Shown one piece after another: positions 52,479 through 62,414 of a DNA stretch of 64,000 nt (position 1 is the first letter of the stretch; every line of letters begins with the position of its first letter). This DNA is from Prochlorococcus sp. AG-459-N19. GTDB taxonomy: Bacteria; Cyanobacteriota; Cyanobacteriia; PCC-6307; Cyanobiaceae. A program made the translations under genes and the position numbers. Under the pieces are notes generated by a model. It was not told the origin of the DNA, made no database searches, and saw only the letters and a list, made by a program, of their open reading frames with translations. The stretch spans positions 5,601 through 69,600 of the forward strand of contig QCRF01000005.1 of the NCBI GenBank assembly GCA_003209375.1, written 5' to 3'.

Positions 52479-54002
52479 TTAAACCCTTCCTGGGATTCTT
52501 CTTGTGGTTTCGTCACCAAGTTTCTTGAACAAACCAAATTCAACTTGGTCGCCAATCTCAGCGTCAATACCAGCAAATGAATTTCTGTAAAGAGTTCTTG
52601 AAGCGTGCCACCAGTGGCCAAACAAGAATAGCAATCCGAAGCATAAATGTGCATATGTAAACCACGCTCTTGGTGAGCTTCGGAATACACCGTCAGACTT
52701 ATAAGTCTCTCTATCAAACTTGAATGCTTCTCCAAGTTGAGCCTTTCTAGCTAATCTTTTAACTACTGCAGGATCACTAAATGTTTGACCATTAAGATCT
52801 CCTCCGTAGATAGTAGCAGTGATTCCAGTCTGTTCAAATGAGTACTTTGCTTCAGCTCTTCTAAATGGAATATCTGCTCTTACATTACCTTCTTTATCTT
52901 CAAGAATTACAGGAAAGTTTTCAAAGAAATTAGGTATTCTTCTGACTTCTAATTCGTTACCTTCTTTATCTTGAAAAGCAATATGACCTTGCCAACCAGT
53001 TGGTAAACCATCACCATTAACAAGAGCTCCAACTCTGAAGAGGCCCCCTTTTGCAGGACTATTACCAACATAATCGTAGAAGGCTAGTTTCTCAGGGATA
53101 GAGGCATATGCCTCTTCTTTAGTGGCACCATCATCTATAGCAGCTTGAACCCTTCTATTTATTTCAGTTTTGAAATAGCCTGAATCCCATTGGTATCTGG
53201 TAGGACCAAAAAGTTCGACTGGAGTTGTCGCTGAACCATACCACATTGTTCCTGCAACAACGAAAGAAACAAATAAAACAGCTGCTAGAGCACTAGCTAG
53301 AACTCCTTCAAGACTTCCAAGTTTTAAAGCTCTATAAAGTCTTTCTCCAGGCCTATTGGTAATGTGAAAAATTCCACCAATAATCCCCATAAGTCCAGCA
53401 GCAATATGGTTAGCAACAATTCCTCCCGGATTAAAGGGATTAAACCCTTCTACTCCCCAGGAAGGTGCTACAGGCTCTACGTGACCAGTTAAGCCATAAG
53501 GATCAGAAACCCAAATTCCAACGTTGGCACAATGAAAAGCTCCAAAACCAAAGCATGTAAGTCCAGCTAGGAGAAGGTGAATTCCGAATATTCTTGGCAA
53601 GTCAAGGGCAGGCTCACCAGTTCTTGAATCTTCCCATAGATCCAAATCCCAATATGTCCAGTGCCAAATGGAAGCCAACATCAATAGGCCACTAAATACT
53701 ATGTGTGCTGCTGCAACACCTTCAAAACTCCAGAATCCAGGATCAACTCCTGTAGCACCCGTAATATCCCATCCGTTCCAACTACTTGTGATACCAAGTC
53801 TTGCCATGAAAGGCATAACGTACATCCCCTGTCTCCACATAGGATTGAGAACAGCATCAGAAGGATCAAAAATGGCTAATTCATAAAGAGCCATAGAACC
53901 GGCCCAGCCGGCTAATAATGCAGTATGCATAAGATGCACAGCGAGTAGTCGACCTGGGTCGTTAATAACTACCGTGTGAACTCGATACCAAGGCAATCCC
54001 AT
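52479..54002 (-). CDS. psbB: Photosystem II CP47
   Basis: [26 protein letters not shown]; GPTRYQWD; DGVFRSSPR. Confidence 0.99.
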   Translation of the reverse strand: MGLPWYRVHTVVINDPGRLLAVHLMHTALLAGWAGSMALYELAIFDPSDAVLNPMWRQGMYVMPFMARLGITSSWNGWDITGATGVDPGFWSFEGVAAAHIVFSGLLMLASIWHWTYWDLDLWEDSRTGEPALDLPRIFGIHLLLAGLTCFGFGAFHCANVGIWVSDPYGLTGHVEPVAPSWGVEGFNPFNPGGIVANHIAAGLMGIIGGIFHITNRPGERLYRALKLGSLEGVLASALAAVLFVSFVVAGTMWYGSATTPVELFGPTRYQWDSGYFKTEINRRVQAAIDDGATKEEAYASIPEKLAFYDYVGNSPAKGGLFRVGALVNGDGLPTGWQGHIAFQDKEGNELEVRRIPNFFENFPVILEDKEGNVRADIPFRRAEAKYSFEQTGITATIYGGDLNGQTFSDPAVVKRLARKAQLGEAFKFDRETYKSDGVFRSSPRAWFTYAHLCFGLLFLFGHWWHASRTLYRNSFAGIDAEIGDQVEFGLFKKLGDETTRRIPGRV

Positions 54003-54224
54003 CGGTTAATTTCTAGTAACTATGCTGAATAAACAGCTAAACATCACGATAGTAAGGGTTTTTTAGTCTTTGAGGGATTTTTGTAAATAAATTTATTTTC
54101 TTGCAAAATTTGGTCAAATCAATTCGCAAGACTAAGTTTACAAGGAATTTTTAGCTAAAAATTGTTAATATTTTGGTCACAATTCTCAAAGTAAAACGCC
54201 AAAATAAGAAAAATAACTAAAAAA

Positions 54225-54587
54225 ATGGCAACTATTAGATTTATCCGTGAGGATTTAGAAGTCCAATGTAATCCTGGTGAAAATTTAAGGGAATTGGTAA
54301 TGAAAGAAAACTTAAAACTTTATGGTTTAAAGGGTATTTTAGGAAATTGCGGAGGAGCAGGACAATGCAGTACTTGTTTTATTTCAGTTGAAGGTGGAAA
54401 CAAAAATTCTTTGAGTCCTCTTACATCTGTTGAAGAAGAAAAACTCAAAAATAGACCAGAAAATTGGCGACTTGCATGCCAAACATTGATAAAATCCTCC
54501 TCAGTAATTTTAACGAAGCCACAATCTCCTCCCTCGAATTTGGAAGAACTAAAAAAAATCAGTGAAAATAAAAAATTACCTCGCTAA
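54225..54587 (+). CDS. 2Fe-2S ferredoxin
   Basis: CGGAGQCSTC...RLACQ. Confidence 0.92.
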   Translation: MATIRFIREDLEVQCNPGENLRELVMKENLKLYGLKGILGNCGGAGQCSTCFISVEGGNKNSLSPLTSVEEEKLKNRPENWRLACQTLIKSSSVILTKPQSPPSNLEELKKISENKKLPR

Positions 54588-54691
54588 ATTGTTTAAGACT
54601 GTTAATCAGTTTATAAAATTTGTTTATTTTTCCACTTTATTCCAAGTTATATGTCTATAGTCGTATTACATAAAATAAAACTACTAATTAA

Positions 54692-54844
54692 ATGGAAACA
54701 ACTAACTTTGGATTTGTAGCTAGTCTTTTATTTGTAGGGGTCCCAACAATATTCCTAATAGGTTTATTTATTTCTACTCAAGATGGAGAAAAATCAAGTT
54801 TCTACTCTGACTCTAGTAAAGGTAGGCTTGGGCCAAAACGCTAA
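54692..54844 (+). CDS. psbM: Photosystem II protein M
   Basis: Manual translation: METTNFGFVASLLFVGVPTIFLIGLFISTQDGEKSSFYSDSSKGRLGPKR. Confidence 0.95.
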   Translation: METTNFGFVASLLFVGVPTIFLIGLFISTQDGEKSSFYSDSSKGRLGPKR

Positions 54845-54855
54845 TGCTTTAATAA

Positions 54856-55725
54856 ATGCTTAGCATTTCTGTAGAAGAATTTTTACATTGGAAAAAAAAG
54901 CAACTTTCTAAAGGCGGTGATCAACAATCTTTTGCTGTTTTACTTGATTGTTTAGGCGGGATATCGATTAGTGATTTAAACCTGATAATCATAAATTCGG
55001 GGAGAAATTTACACTTAAAAAAAAACTTAGATTTTTTAGAATCCATTTGGAATGAACATTTAATAAAATCTTGCCCAATCCAATATCTTTGCGGAATAAC
55101 TTTTTGGAGGGACTTAAAATTAAAAGTTACAAACAAAGTACTTATTCCTAGACCAGAAACGGAACTCATAATAGATATTGTCTTCAATATCTTTCGAAAG
55201 AAATCAGAAAAATTATTTTTTGCCGAATTAGGAACTGGATCAGGAGCTATAAGTATTGCTTTGGCATTGGCTTATCCATTTAGCGACGGAGTAGCAACTG
55301 ATATAGATCGAGATGCATTAGAAATAGCCACTAAAAATTACATAAATTCTTCTAAAAATGCAAATTTGAAATTTTATTGTGGAAATTGGTGGTCACCTCT
55401 TGAAAGGTTTAAAGGAAAATTAGACCTCGCGATTTCAAACCCGCCATATATTCCTCAAGAAACTTATGAAAAATTACCCAAAGAAGTAAAAAATTTCGAA
55501 CCTAAAGTAGCTTTATTAGGCGGCGAGGATGGTTTGAAACACATTAAAGAAATAATACAAAAGGCACCATTATTCCTAAAAGAGAAGGGCTGGCTAATTC
55601 TAGAGAATCATTTTGATCAAGGTGAAAAAGTAAAACAACTACTTATTAAAAATAAATTTACATCAATAGAAATTGTGAAAGATCTTTCAGGTATTGGTAG
55701 GTTTACAATTGGAAGATATAAATAA
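54856..55725 (+). CDS. prmC: Release factor glutamine methyltransferase
   Basis: PIQYL.G, VLIPRPETE, ELGTGSG, SNPPY. Confidence 0.95.
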   Translation: MLSISVEEFLHWKKKQLSKGGDQQSFAVLLDCLGGISISDLNLIIINSGRNLHLKKNLDFLESIWNEHLIKSCPIQYLCGITFWRDLKLKVTNKVLIPRPETELIIDIVFNIFRKKSEKLFFAELGTGSGAISIALALAYPFSDGVATDIDRDALEIATKNYINSSKNANLKFYCGNWWSPLERFKGKLDLAISNPPYIPQETYEKLPKEVKNFEPKVALLGGEDGLKHIKEIIQKAPLFLKEKGWLILENHFDQGEKVKQLLIKNKFTSIEIVKDLSGIGRFTIGRYK

Positions 55726-55748
55726 ATTATTGAAGGTTCATAATTTAA

Positions 55749-56331
55749 ATGAATTTAGTAGACTGCAAAGCCGCCTTGAAGACTCTTAAAAGTGGTTTAC
55801 CTGTAATTTTCCCAACTGACACGTTACCTGCAATTGGATGTTTGCCAAAATTTTCAAATACCATTTATGAGTTTAAAAAAAGAGATAGAGGCAAACCCTT
55901 AATTCTCATGGGATCAGAACATAAACAATTAATCGATTATGTCCACGAATCAGCTAGAGAAGATTACGAAAATATAGCTTCAAAATATTGGCCTGGAGCT
56001 CTGACAATGGTAATTCCTGTTTCAAAAAAACAGACTACAATCCTTACAAGCAACGATTTTACTCTTGGTTTGAGGGTTCCAAATTCATATATAGCTCAAT
56101 CTCTCATTAGAGAAACAGGTCCATTGTTAACTTCAAGTGCAAATATTTCAGGTTTTAAAGGATCAATTACAGTTGAAGGTATTGCTCTAGACTTCCCTTC
56201 TGCAAAAATTTTGGGGCCCTATCCCTTGGGGAAAGAGAAGTGGAAAAGCTAGTACTATTATATTTTGGAATAAAAGTGGAGATTGGAGGTTGATTAGAGA
56301 AGGAGAAGTATTAGTTAGGGAACTAAATTAA
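55749..56331 (+). CDS. tsaC: Threonylcarbamoyl-AMP synthase (Sua5/YrdC), frameshifted near 3' end
   Basis: FPTDT, K.R...KPL, WPGALT, TSSANISG; removing one base from GGGGCCC (56213-56219) restores GPIPWGKRSGKASTII...LIREG...LN-stop at 56331 (583 nt = 3n+1). Confidence 0.9.
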
Positions 56332-56498
56332 TGTTTTTATTATTATTTTTTGTTTTATTAATTCAATTTTTTACTTATTGGATATTTGAACCCCTTGCAT
56401 CTTTTTTAGGGTCTTTTCTCGAAATAAAATCTTTTCCTATAATTGCTCTAATAGGCTTAGTCTTTTTATTTTCAGCGAAGAATATTGAACAGAATTAA
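56331..56498 (+). CDS. Small hydrophobic hypothetical protein (55 aa)
   Basis: MFLLLFFVLLIQFFTYWIFEPLASFLGSFLEIKSFPIIALIGLVFLFSAKNIEQN; TAATG stop/start overlap with repaired tsaC. Confidence 0.6.
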   Translation: MFLLLFFVLLIQFFTYWIFEPLASFLGSFLEIKSFPIIALIGLVFLFSAKNIEQN

Positions 56499-56509
56499 AT
56501 AAATTAAAA

Positions 56510-56581
56510 TGCCGGCTAACAGATTTGAACTGATGACCTTCGCTTTACAAAAGCGCTGCTCTACCGCTGAGCTAAGCCGGC
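56510..56581 (-). tRNA. tRNA-Thr (TGT)
   Basis: GCCGGCTTAGCTCAGCGGTAGAGCAGCGCTTTTGTAAAGCGAAGGTCATCAGTTCAAATCTGTTAGCCGGCA. Confidence 0.95.
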
Positions 56582-56647
56582 TATGATTTCATTTTACAAT
56601 TAGGTAGGGTCAATAATCAGTATTTTTTTTGCTTTTTCTTAAATTTA

Positions 56648-56983
56648 TTACTTTTTGATATCTTTATTGGCTTTATCAGTCTTATCAGTTTTTTTGAATT
56701 TTATTTCTCCTGAAATAGTTCTTTTAATTGGTAAATTGGCAACTAATGCAGTCATTCTATCCTCAGTCTCTAAACTTACTGCCACCTCTTCAAAATCAAT
56801 TTCAACATATTTAGCAACAACATCAAGAATCTCTTTCCTCATTTTATCTAAAAGATCAGTTGTTAAGGAACTCATATCAACTCTGTCATGAGCAAGTACA
56901 AGTTGTAATCTTTCTCTGGCTGTATTTGCACTAGACGTTTCTCTGCCTAGTAATTTATTTATAAGATCTCTAAGAGTCATCAT
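56648..56983 (-). CDS. minE: Cell division topological specificity factor
   Basis: [32 protein letters not shown]. Confidence 0.96.
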   Translation of the reverse strand: MMTLRDLINKLLGRETSSANTARERLQLVLAHDRVDMSSLTTDLLDKMRKEILDVVAKYVEIDFEEVAVSLETEDRMTALVANLPIKRTISGEIKFKKTDKTDKANKDIKK

Positions 56984-56984
56984 T

Positions 56985-57800
56985 TTAAAAAACCTTTGTT
57001 TGCATTAATCTCATGAATTTATCTTTAAGACTTTTGCCTTCTTTTTTGGGATCGATAATTGGTACATCTTTATTTGTAAGTCTTTGAGAAACATTCAAAT
57101 AACATTTTTTTGCAGGAGATCTACTATCTGAAAGTGTGAGTGGCTCTCCTCTATTTGTACTTATTATGACCTGTTCATCTTCTAAAACGATACCTAACAA
57201 AGGCAAAGAAAGAATCCCTTGAACGTCTTCGATAGATAACATTTCTTGACTAGCCATCATGTTAGGACGAACTCTATTGATTACAAGTTGGATAGGCTCA
57301 ATATCTGAAGTATTAAGAATCCCTATTACTCTATCGGCGTCGCGTACTGCAGATAATTCTGGGTTAGTAACAACAATAGCTTCTTTACAAGCTGCAAGAG
57401 CATTTTTAAAGCCATCTTCTACACCAGCTGGGCAATCTACTAAGACAAAATCAAAGTTCTCACTAAGTAGCTCACTAATCTTTTGCATATCTTCGGGCTT
57501 CATCCAATCCAACATTCTTGGATCTCCAGCAGGTAGAAGAGCAAGATTAGGTTCCTTTTTATGTCTAACCAATGCTTGGTCAAGACGACAATGCTTGTCA
57601 AGAACATCTTGAGCTGTATAAATGATGCGATTTTCTAATCCTAGAAGAAGATCTAAATTTCTTAAACCAAAATCAGCATCTAATACAGCAGTTGTTGCTC
57701 CACTATTAGCAAGTGCTATGCCTAGGTTTGCAGTTAAAGTTGTTTTACCAACCCCGCCTTTGCCTGAACAAATTAATATTGTGCGAGTATTCTTCCCCAC
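56985..57800 (-). CDS. minD: Septum site-determining ATPase
   Basis: [31 protein letters not shown]. Confidence 0.97.
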   Translation of the reverse strand: MGKNTRTILICSGKGGVGKTTLTANLGIALANSGATTAVLDADFGLRNLDLLLGLENRIIYTAQDVLDKHCRLDQALVRHKKEPNLALLPAGDPRMLDWMKPEDMQKISELLSENFDFVLVDCPAGVEDGFKNALAACKEAIVVTNPELSAVRDADRVIGILNTSDIEPIQLVINRVRPNMMASQEMLSIEDVQGILSLPLLGIVLEDEQVIISTNRGEPLTLSDSRSPAKKCYLNVSQRLTNKDVPIIDPKKEGKSLKDKFMRLMQTKVF

Positions 57801-57911
57801 GATTTTAAAGATTTTCCAAATAATAAAGCCACTTGCAGAAAGTTAAATATTTTAAAGATTAAGTAATTCTTAAATTTATCTAGTTTGAATTAATTTATTG
57901 CAAATAATTGA

Positions 57912-58574
57912 TTAATTTTTATTATCGATTAGGTGTGGTTTGATAATTATCGTTTGTTTATCTATTACGGCAATTTCTGGGTAACAATTTTTGGGCTTAT
58001 CCTTTGGTCCAATAGCTATTACATCAGCAATTCTTAACTGTAAAGGGTTTAAATAAAGTGATGCAATAGAGGCATTTTTATTTCCACTATTGCCTGCGAA
58101 TGCGATCCCTAGCAATTTGCCCCAAACGTAAATATTTTTCTTAGCGGAAACTATTGCTCCTGGATTTACATCTCCAATAATGCATAGGTTTCCATTTGAA
58201 GATATTCTTTCACCCGATCGTAAAGTTCCTTTGTGAAGAATATCGTCTTTCTTTTTTGGATTGAATAATAGTAACTTATTTTTAATATCTTGCTGATTAA
58301 TATAAGCTGAATCTATTTTTAAAGACTTTCCACTTAATATTGTATCTCTATTATTTGAGTAAATGCATAAGGAACAAATATTAATTTTTTCAAAATGATT
58401 TTTTAATTTTGATAATTGATGAGAACTTATTGACTCATTGACTGCGAAAATTTTTACTTCCAAAGGTACCTTGATGGAGGAAAATCTATCTAAAGTCTCA
58501 TTGATATTATCTAAATCTAACAAAGAAATAATTTCTGAATTTTTAGTTTTAGTGCTAATGAAAACGATTTCCAT
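57912..58574 (-). CDS. minC: Septum site-determining protein
   Basis: GTLRSGE, GDVNPGA, VWGKLLG.A.AG, QLRIAD. Confidence 0.93.
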   Translation of the reverse strand: MEIVFISTKTKNSEIISLLDLDNINETLDRFSSIKVPLEVKIFAVNESISSHQLSKLKNHFEKINICSLCIYSNNRDTILSGKSLKIDSAYINQQDIKNKLLLFNPKKKDDILHKGTLRSGERISSNGNLCIIGDVNPGAIVSAKKNIYVWGKLLGIAFAGNSGNKNASIASLYLNPLQLRIADVIAIGPKDKPKNCYPEIAVIDKQTIIIKPHLIDNKN

Positions 58575-58584
58575 TGAATTAAAT

Positions 58585-59841
58585 CTAGGAATTGTTTTTT
58601 ATTAATGAAATTTCATTTTTAATTTCATTTTTGATCAGATCTGGATAAATAATAAAAGAGCTTTCCTCCGATCTCATTAAAGTTTTTATTAATGCAGAAC
58701 TATTTTCTAATGCGCTTTGATGAGTGCCGTCCCATATTTTTAGTGCATTGTTAGATTCAAAACCTCTAAAAGACCTTTCCTTAATCCCACAAAATATTTC
58801 CGAATTATAACCATTCTTCTCGCATAATTTTGTCGCAAATGCAAGGATTTTTAATCTATTTATCTTGCTTAAAAAACTTATGTCTGATGCCTTTAATAAA
58901 TCTCTGTCAATGAACATTTTGCATAGTGTTGAAAGTGGCTCAAACGATTCATCTTTCCATCTAATCAAATGATAATAAAAGGTTACATCATCATTTTTTA
59001 TGAAATCATCAAAATCAACCTTTGAAGGTGAAAAAATCCATTTATATAAAGAATTATCTAGCCAAATTTTCTTTTCATAATTATGTTTTATTGTTTGACA
59101 TATTTTTTCCAGAATCCATGTTGATATTTCGTTTATCCTGTGATTGTAGATTGTTCTATACATCAAGTTTCTTAGTACAAGAAAATGCTCAATAGCGATA
59201 ACTCCCTTTGGTTTGATTCCAATATTCCCATCAGGTGAAAAAGTAAGTGCCGAAATGATTCTTTCCAAATCTACCAAGCCATAATTAGTACCTGTGTTGT
59301 AACTATCGCGTAAAAGATAATCGAGCCGATCGCAATCTATCTCACTACTTAACAATGTTTTTAAAGGTTTTGAAAATAGTTGTTTTGATTGAAATAATTC
59401 ACCAATTTTTCTCGGTAATTCGTTGTCATATTTTTTAAGTATTGAATTTATTGGAGAATAATTTTTAACTAATTTTTCAGACCATTGTTCGTGATTATGC
59501 TGGAATATTGTCTCACTGGTATGGCTTAAAGGTCCATGACCTAAATCATGTAATAGAGCTGCACCATAAAGAACAAATTTATTTTCACAAAATGAAGATT
59601 TACTTTCAATTAATCTCTTATAAATTTTTCTAGCTATGCAAAAAACACCAATTGAGTGAGTAAACCTACTCGATTCTGCACCATGAAAAAGTAATGACGC
59701 CGATCCTAATTGTTTTATTCTTCTTAGTCTTTGAAAAGCAACTGTATCAATTAATTCCATAATCATTAATTCTTCTGGCTTCCCTGCATCAAATACTATT
59801 TCTTTATGAATTGGGTCATGAAAAATTCTCTTAATACTCAT
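58585..59841 (-). CDS. HD-domain phosphohydrolase (dNTPase-like)
   Basis: DPIH, FQRLRRIKQLG, RFTHSIG, LLHDLGHGP.SH, D.DRLDYL.RD. Confidence 0.92.
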   Translation of the reverse strand: MSIKRIFHDPIHKEIVFDAGKPEELMIMELIDTVAFQRLRRIKQLGSASLLFHGAESSRFTHSIGVFCIARKIYKRLIESKSSFCENKFVLYGAALLHDLGHGPLSHTSETIFQHNHEQWSEKLVKNYSPINSILKKYDNELPRKIGELFQSKQLFSKPLKTLLSSEIDCDRLDYLLRDSYNTGTNYGLVDLERIISALTFSPDGNIGIKPKGVIAIEHFLVLRNLMYRTIYNHRINEISTWILEKICQTIKHNYEKKIWLDNSLYKWIFSPSKVDFDDFIKNDDVTFYYHLIRWKDESFEPLSTLCKMFIDRDLLKASDISFLSKINRLKILAFATKLCEKNGYNSEIFCGIKERSFRGFESNNALKIWDGTHQSALENSSALIKTLMRSEESSFIIYPDLIKNEIKNEISLIKNNS

Positions 59842-59869
59842 AATTTTTAAGATTTTTTATTTGCAATCT

Positions 59870-61168
59870 TTAGCCATTTAAAGATTTAATTTCTTTATTG
59901 TTTAATTCAATAGTTTGAACTGAATCTTCTTCTTTTTCTAGAAGCGACCCTAGAAATAATTCTGCGTTCCTCACCCATTTATCGTCAGTACTACCATAAT
60001 CACTTGCATCCGGGAGATCAAGTAATTTGTCAGGAGTCATACCTTGGCCTTGAATATTATTGCCTTTGGGGGTTAAATAGCTTGCCACTGTAATAGCAAT
60101 ACCACTATCTTCTCCCAAACTTTTTAATGATTGAATTAAACCTTTCCCATAAGTTTTTTCTCCCATAAGAATTGATCTCTCATTATCTTGTAAAGAACCA
60201 GCAAGTATTTCACTGGCACTTGCAGTGCCTTTATTTACTAAAGTCACCATTGGTCCATCAAAAGATGTCTCTTTTTGAGAAATAATTGCATCTTTGATTC
60301 CATTTCTATCTTTTGTCTCGACTACAGGTTTCTCACTTAATAATGAGTTAGCAACTGCTATACCTGAGCTTACTAGTCCCCCTGAATTATTTCTAAGATC
60401 CAAGATCAAGCCCTCAACCTCTTTATCTTTTAACTCTTGAAGTGCCTCTTCAACTTTTTTGGGTACGCTTTCGCTGAATTGAGTTATCCTTAGATACCCT
60501 ATTGTGTGAGAATCGTCTCTTAATCTTTTTGTTCTAACTGGTCTGAGATCTACTGATCTCCTTTCTAAGTCGACTTCCCTAACTTCTCCTGATTCTGAAG
60601 ATACTTCAACTAAAACCTTTGTCCCTGATTCACCTCTTAACTTAGAGGCAGTGCTTGCAAGACCTAATTTTTCTGATGAAATCCCGTCTACTGTTTCTAT
60701 CAAGTCCCCACTTACTATCCCAGCTTCTTCAGCTGGCGAACCCCCAAGAGTAGAGATGACTTTAACTTTTTTGTCATCATCATCTACGCCTAATTGGAGC
60801 CCAACACCATTAATTTCACTACCAAAATTACTTGATTTCAATAGTTCATAATCTTTTGGGCGTAAAATTCTTGTATATGGATCTTCTAGAGGTCTTAACA
60901 TGTCTTCAATTGCGGAATAAGCCTCTTCACTTGTTTCAATTTGTTTCTGTAATGTTTTTTGTCTAATTCTTTTCCATTGGATTTCATCAAACTTTTCTGG
61001 ATCATAAAAACCTTCGTTTACCAAGGTCCAAGCGTCAAGTACTAATTGCCTGCTATCACTGAGAGCATCTACTCTTTCAATCAATAAAAGATTAATAGAA
61101 AAAACTATGATCATTAATGTAGCGATCACAGTTTTGAATGTTAAAAGTTTGTTAAAAGATGAATTCAT
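59870..61168 (-). CDS. ctpA: C-terminal processing protease (D1 protease, S41)
   Basis: DPYTR, PDZ domain, DLRNNSGG, TASASEI, TYGKG; start uncertain (ATG 61168). Confidence 0.92.
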   Translation of the reverse strand: MNSSFNKLLTFKTVIATLMIIVFSINLLLIERVDALSDSRQLVLDAWTLVNEGFYDPEKFDEIQWKRIRQKTLQKQIETSEEAYSAIEDMLRPLEDPYTRILRPKDYELLKSSNFGSEINGVGLQLGVDDDDKKVKVISTLGGSPAEEAGIVSGDLIETVDGISSEKLGLASTASKLRGESGTKVLVEVSSESGEVREVDLERRSVDLRPVRTKRLRDDSHTIGYLRITQFSESVPKKVEEALQELKDKEVEGLILDLRNNSGGLVSSGIAVANSLLSEKPVVETKDRNGIKDAIISQKETSFDGPMVTLVNKGTASASEILAGSLQDNERSILMGEKTYGKGLIQSLKSLGEDSGIAITVASYLTPKGNNIQGQGMTPDKLLDLPDASDYGSTDDKWVRNAELFLGSLLEKEEDSVQTIELNNKEIKSLNG

Positions 61169-61239
61169 TGGGTTAAGTGTTAACACCAAGTATAAGAATT
61201 TTAAGTAAGCTCTTTATATCAAAGCTAATTTTTTTTTGG

Positions 61240-61896
61240 ATGGCGAATTCTTCATCTGTTTATGACTGGTTTCAAGAAAGGCTTGAAATCCAAGACATAA
61301 CTGACGACGTAACTTCCAAGTACGTACCCCCTCACGTAAATATTTTTTATTGTTTAGGAGGCATAACTTTAGTATGCTTCCTAATTCAATTTGCAACAGG
61401 TTTTGCAATGACTTTTTACTATAAGCCAACAGTTACCCAAGCTTATAGTTCAGTAAGTTATCTAATGACAGATGTAAGTTTTGGATGGTTAATAAGATCT
61501 GTGCATAGATGGAGTGCATCAATGATGGTTTTGATGCTAATCCTTCACGTTTTCAGAGTTTATCTTACCGGCGGTTTCAAAAGGCCTAGAGAATTAACTT
61601 GGGTTACAGGTGTTGTAATGGCAGTCATTACAGTTGCTTTTGGAGTTACAGGATATTCTTTGCCTTGGGATCAAGTGGGTTATTGGGCAGTCAAAATTGT
61701 TTCAGGTGTACCTGCTGCTATTCCAGTGATTGGTGATTTTATGGTTGAACTTCTCAGAGGCGGAGAAAGCGTTGGACAATCAACTCTTACTAGATTCTAT
61801 AGCCTTCACACTTTCGTCTTACCCTGGTCATTGGCAGTTTTCATGTTGATGCACTTTCTAATGATTCGTAAACAAGGTATTTCAGGTCCCTTGTAA
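61240..61896 (+). CDS. petB: Cytochrome b6
   Basis: [40 protein letters not shown]; ATG at 61240. Confidence 0.98.
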   Translation: MANSSSVYDWFQERLEIQDITDDVTSKYVPPHVNIFYCLGGITLVCFLIQFATGFAMTFYYKPTVTQAYSSVSYLMTDVSFGWLIRSVHRWSASMMVLMLILHVFRVYLTGGFKRPRELTWVTGVVMAVITVAFGVTGYSLPWDQVGYWAVKIVSGVPAAIPVIGDFMVELLRGGESVGQSTLTRFYSLHTFVLPWSLAVFMLMHFLMIRKQGISGPL

Positions 61897-61929
61897 ACTT
61901 TTATACTTAAACTATATCCAAGACTCATT

Positions 61930-62412
61930 ATGTCTACGTTAAAAAAACCAGACTTATCTGACCCAAAATTAAGAGCAAAATTAGCTAAAGGTATGGGCCA
62001 TAATTATTATGGTGAGCCTGCTTGGCCGAATGATCTACTATACATTTTCCCAGTAGTCATTTTAGGTACTATTGCCTGCGTAGTCGGACTAGCAGTTCTT
62101 GACCCGGCAATGTTAGGAGATAAGGCAAATCCATTCGCTACTCCCTTAGAAATTCTCCCAGAGTGGTACCTATATCCAGTTTTTCAAATACTTAGGGTAG
62201 TACCCAACAAACTTTTAGGTATCGCACTTCAAACCTTAATCCCACTTGGATTAATGATTCTGCCCTTTATCGAAAACGTTAATAAATTTTCTAATCCTTT
62301 TAGAAGACCAATAGCAATGACTGCTTTCTTGTTCGGAACTTTTCTAACAATTTATTTAGGTATTGGTGCATGCTTGCCAATAGATAAATCACTCACCCTG
62401 GGATTATTTTAG
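61930..62412 (+). CDS. petD: Cytochrome b6f subunit IV
   Basis: [18 protein letters not shown] motif. Confidence 0.98.
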   Translation: MSTLKKPDLSDPKLRAKLAKGMGHNYYGEPAWPNDLLYIFPVVILGTIACVVGLAVLDPAMLGDKANPFATPLEILPEWYLYPVFQILRVVPNKLLGIALQTLIPLGLMILPFIENVNKFSNPFRRPIAMTAFLFGTFLTIYLGIGACLPIDKSLTLGLF

Positions 62413-62414
62413 AT

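Noticed and set aside
56672-56689. 9-bp near-duplication in the minE tail (KTDKTDK)
   Set aside because: Two imperfect copies in a low-complexity tail; no functional signal.
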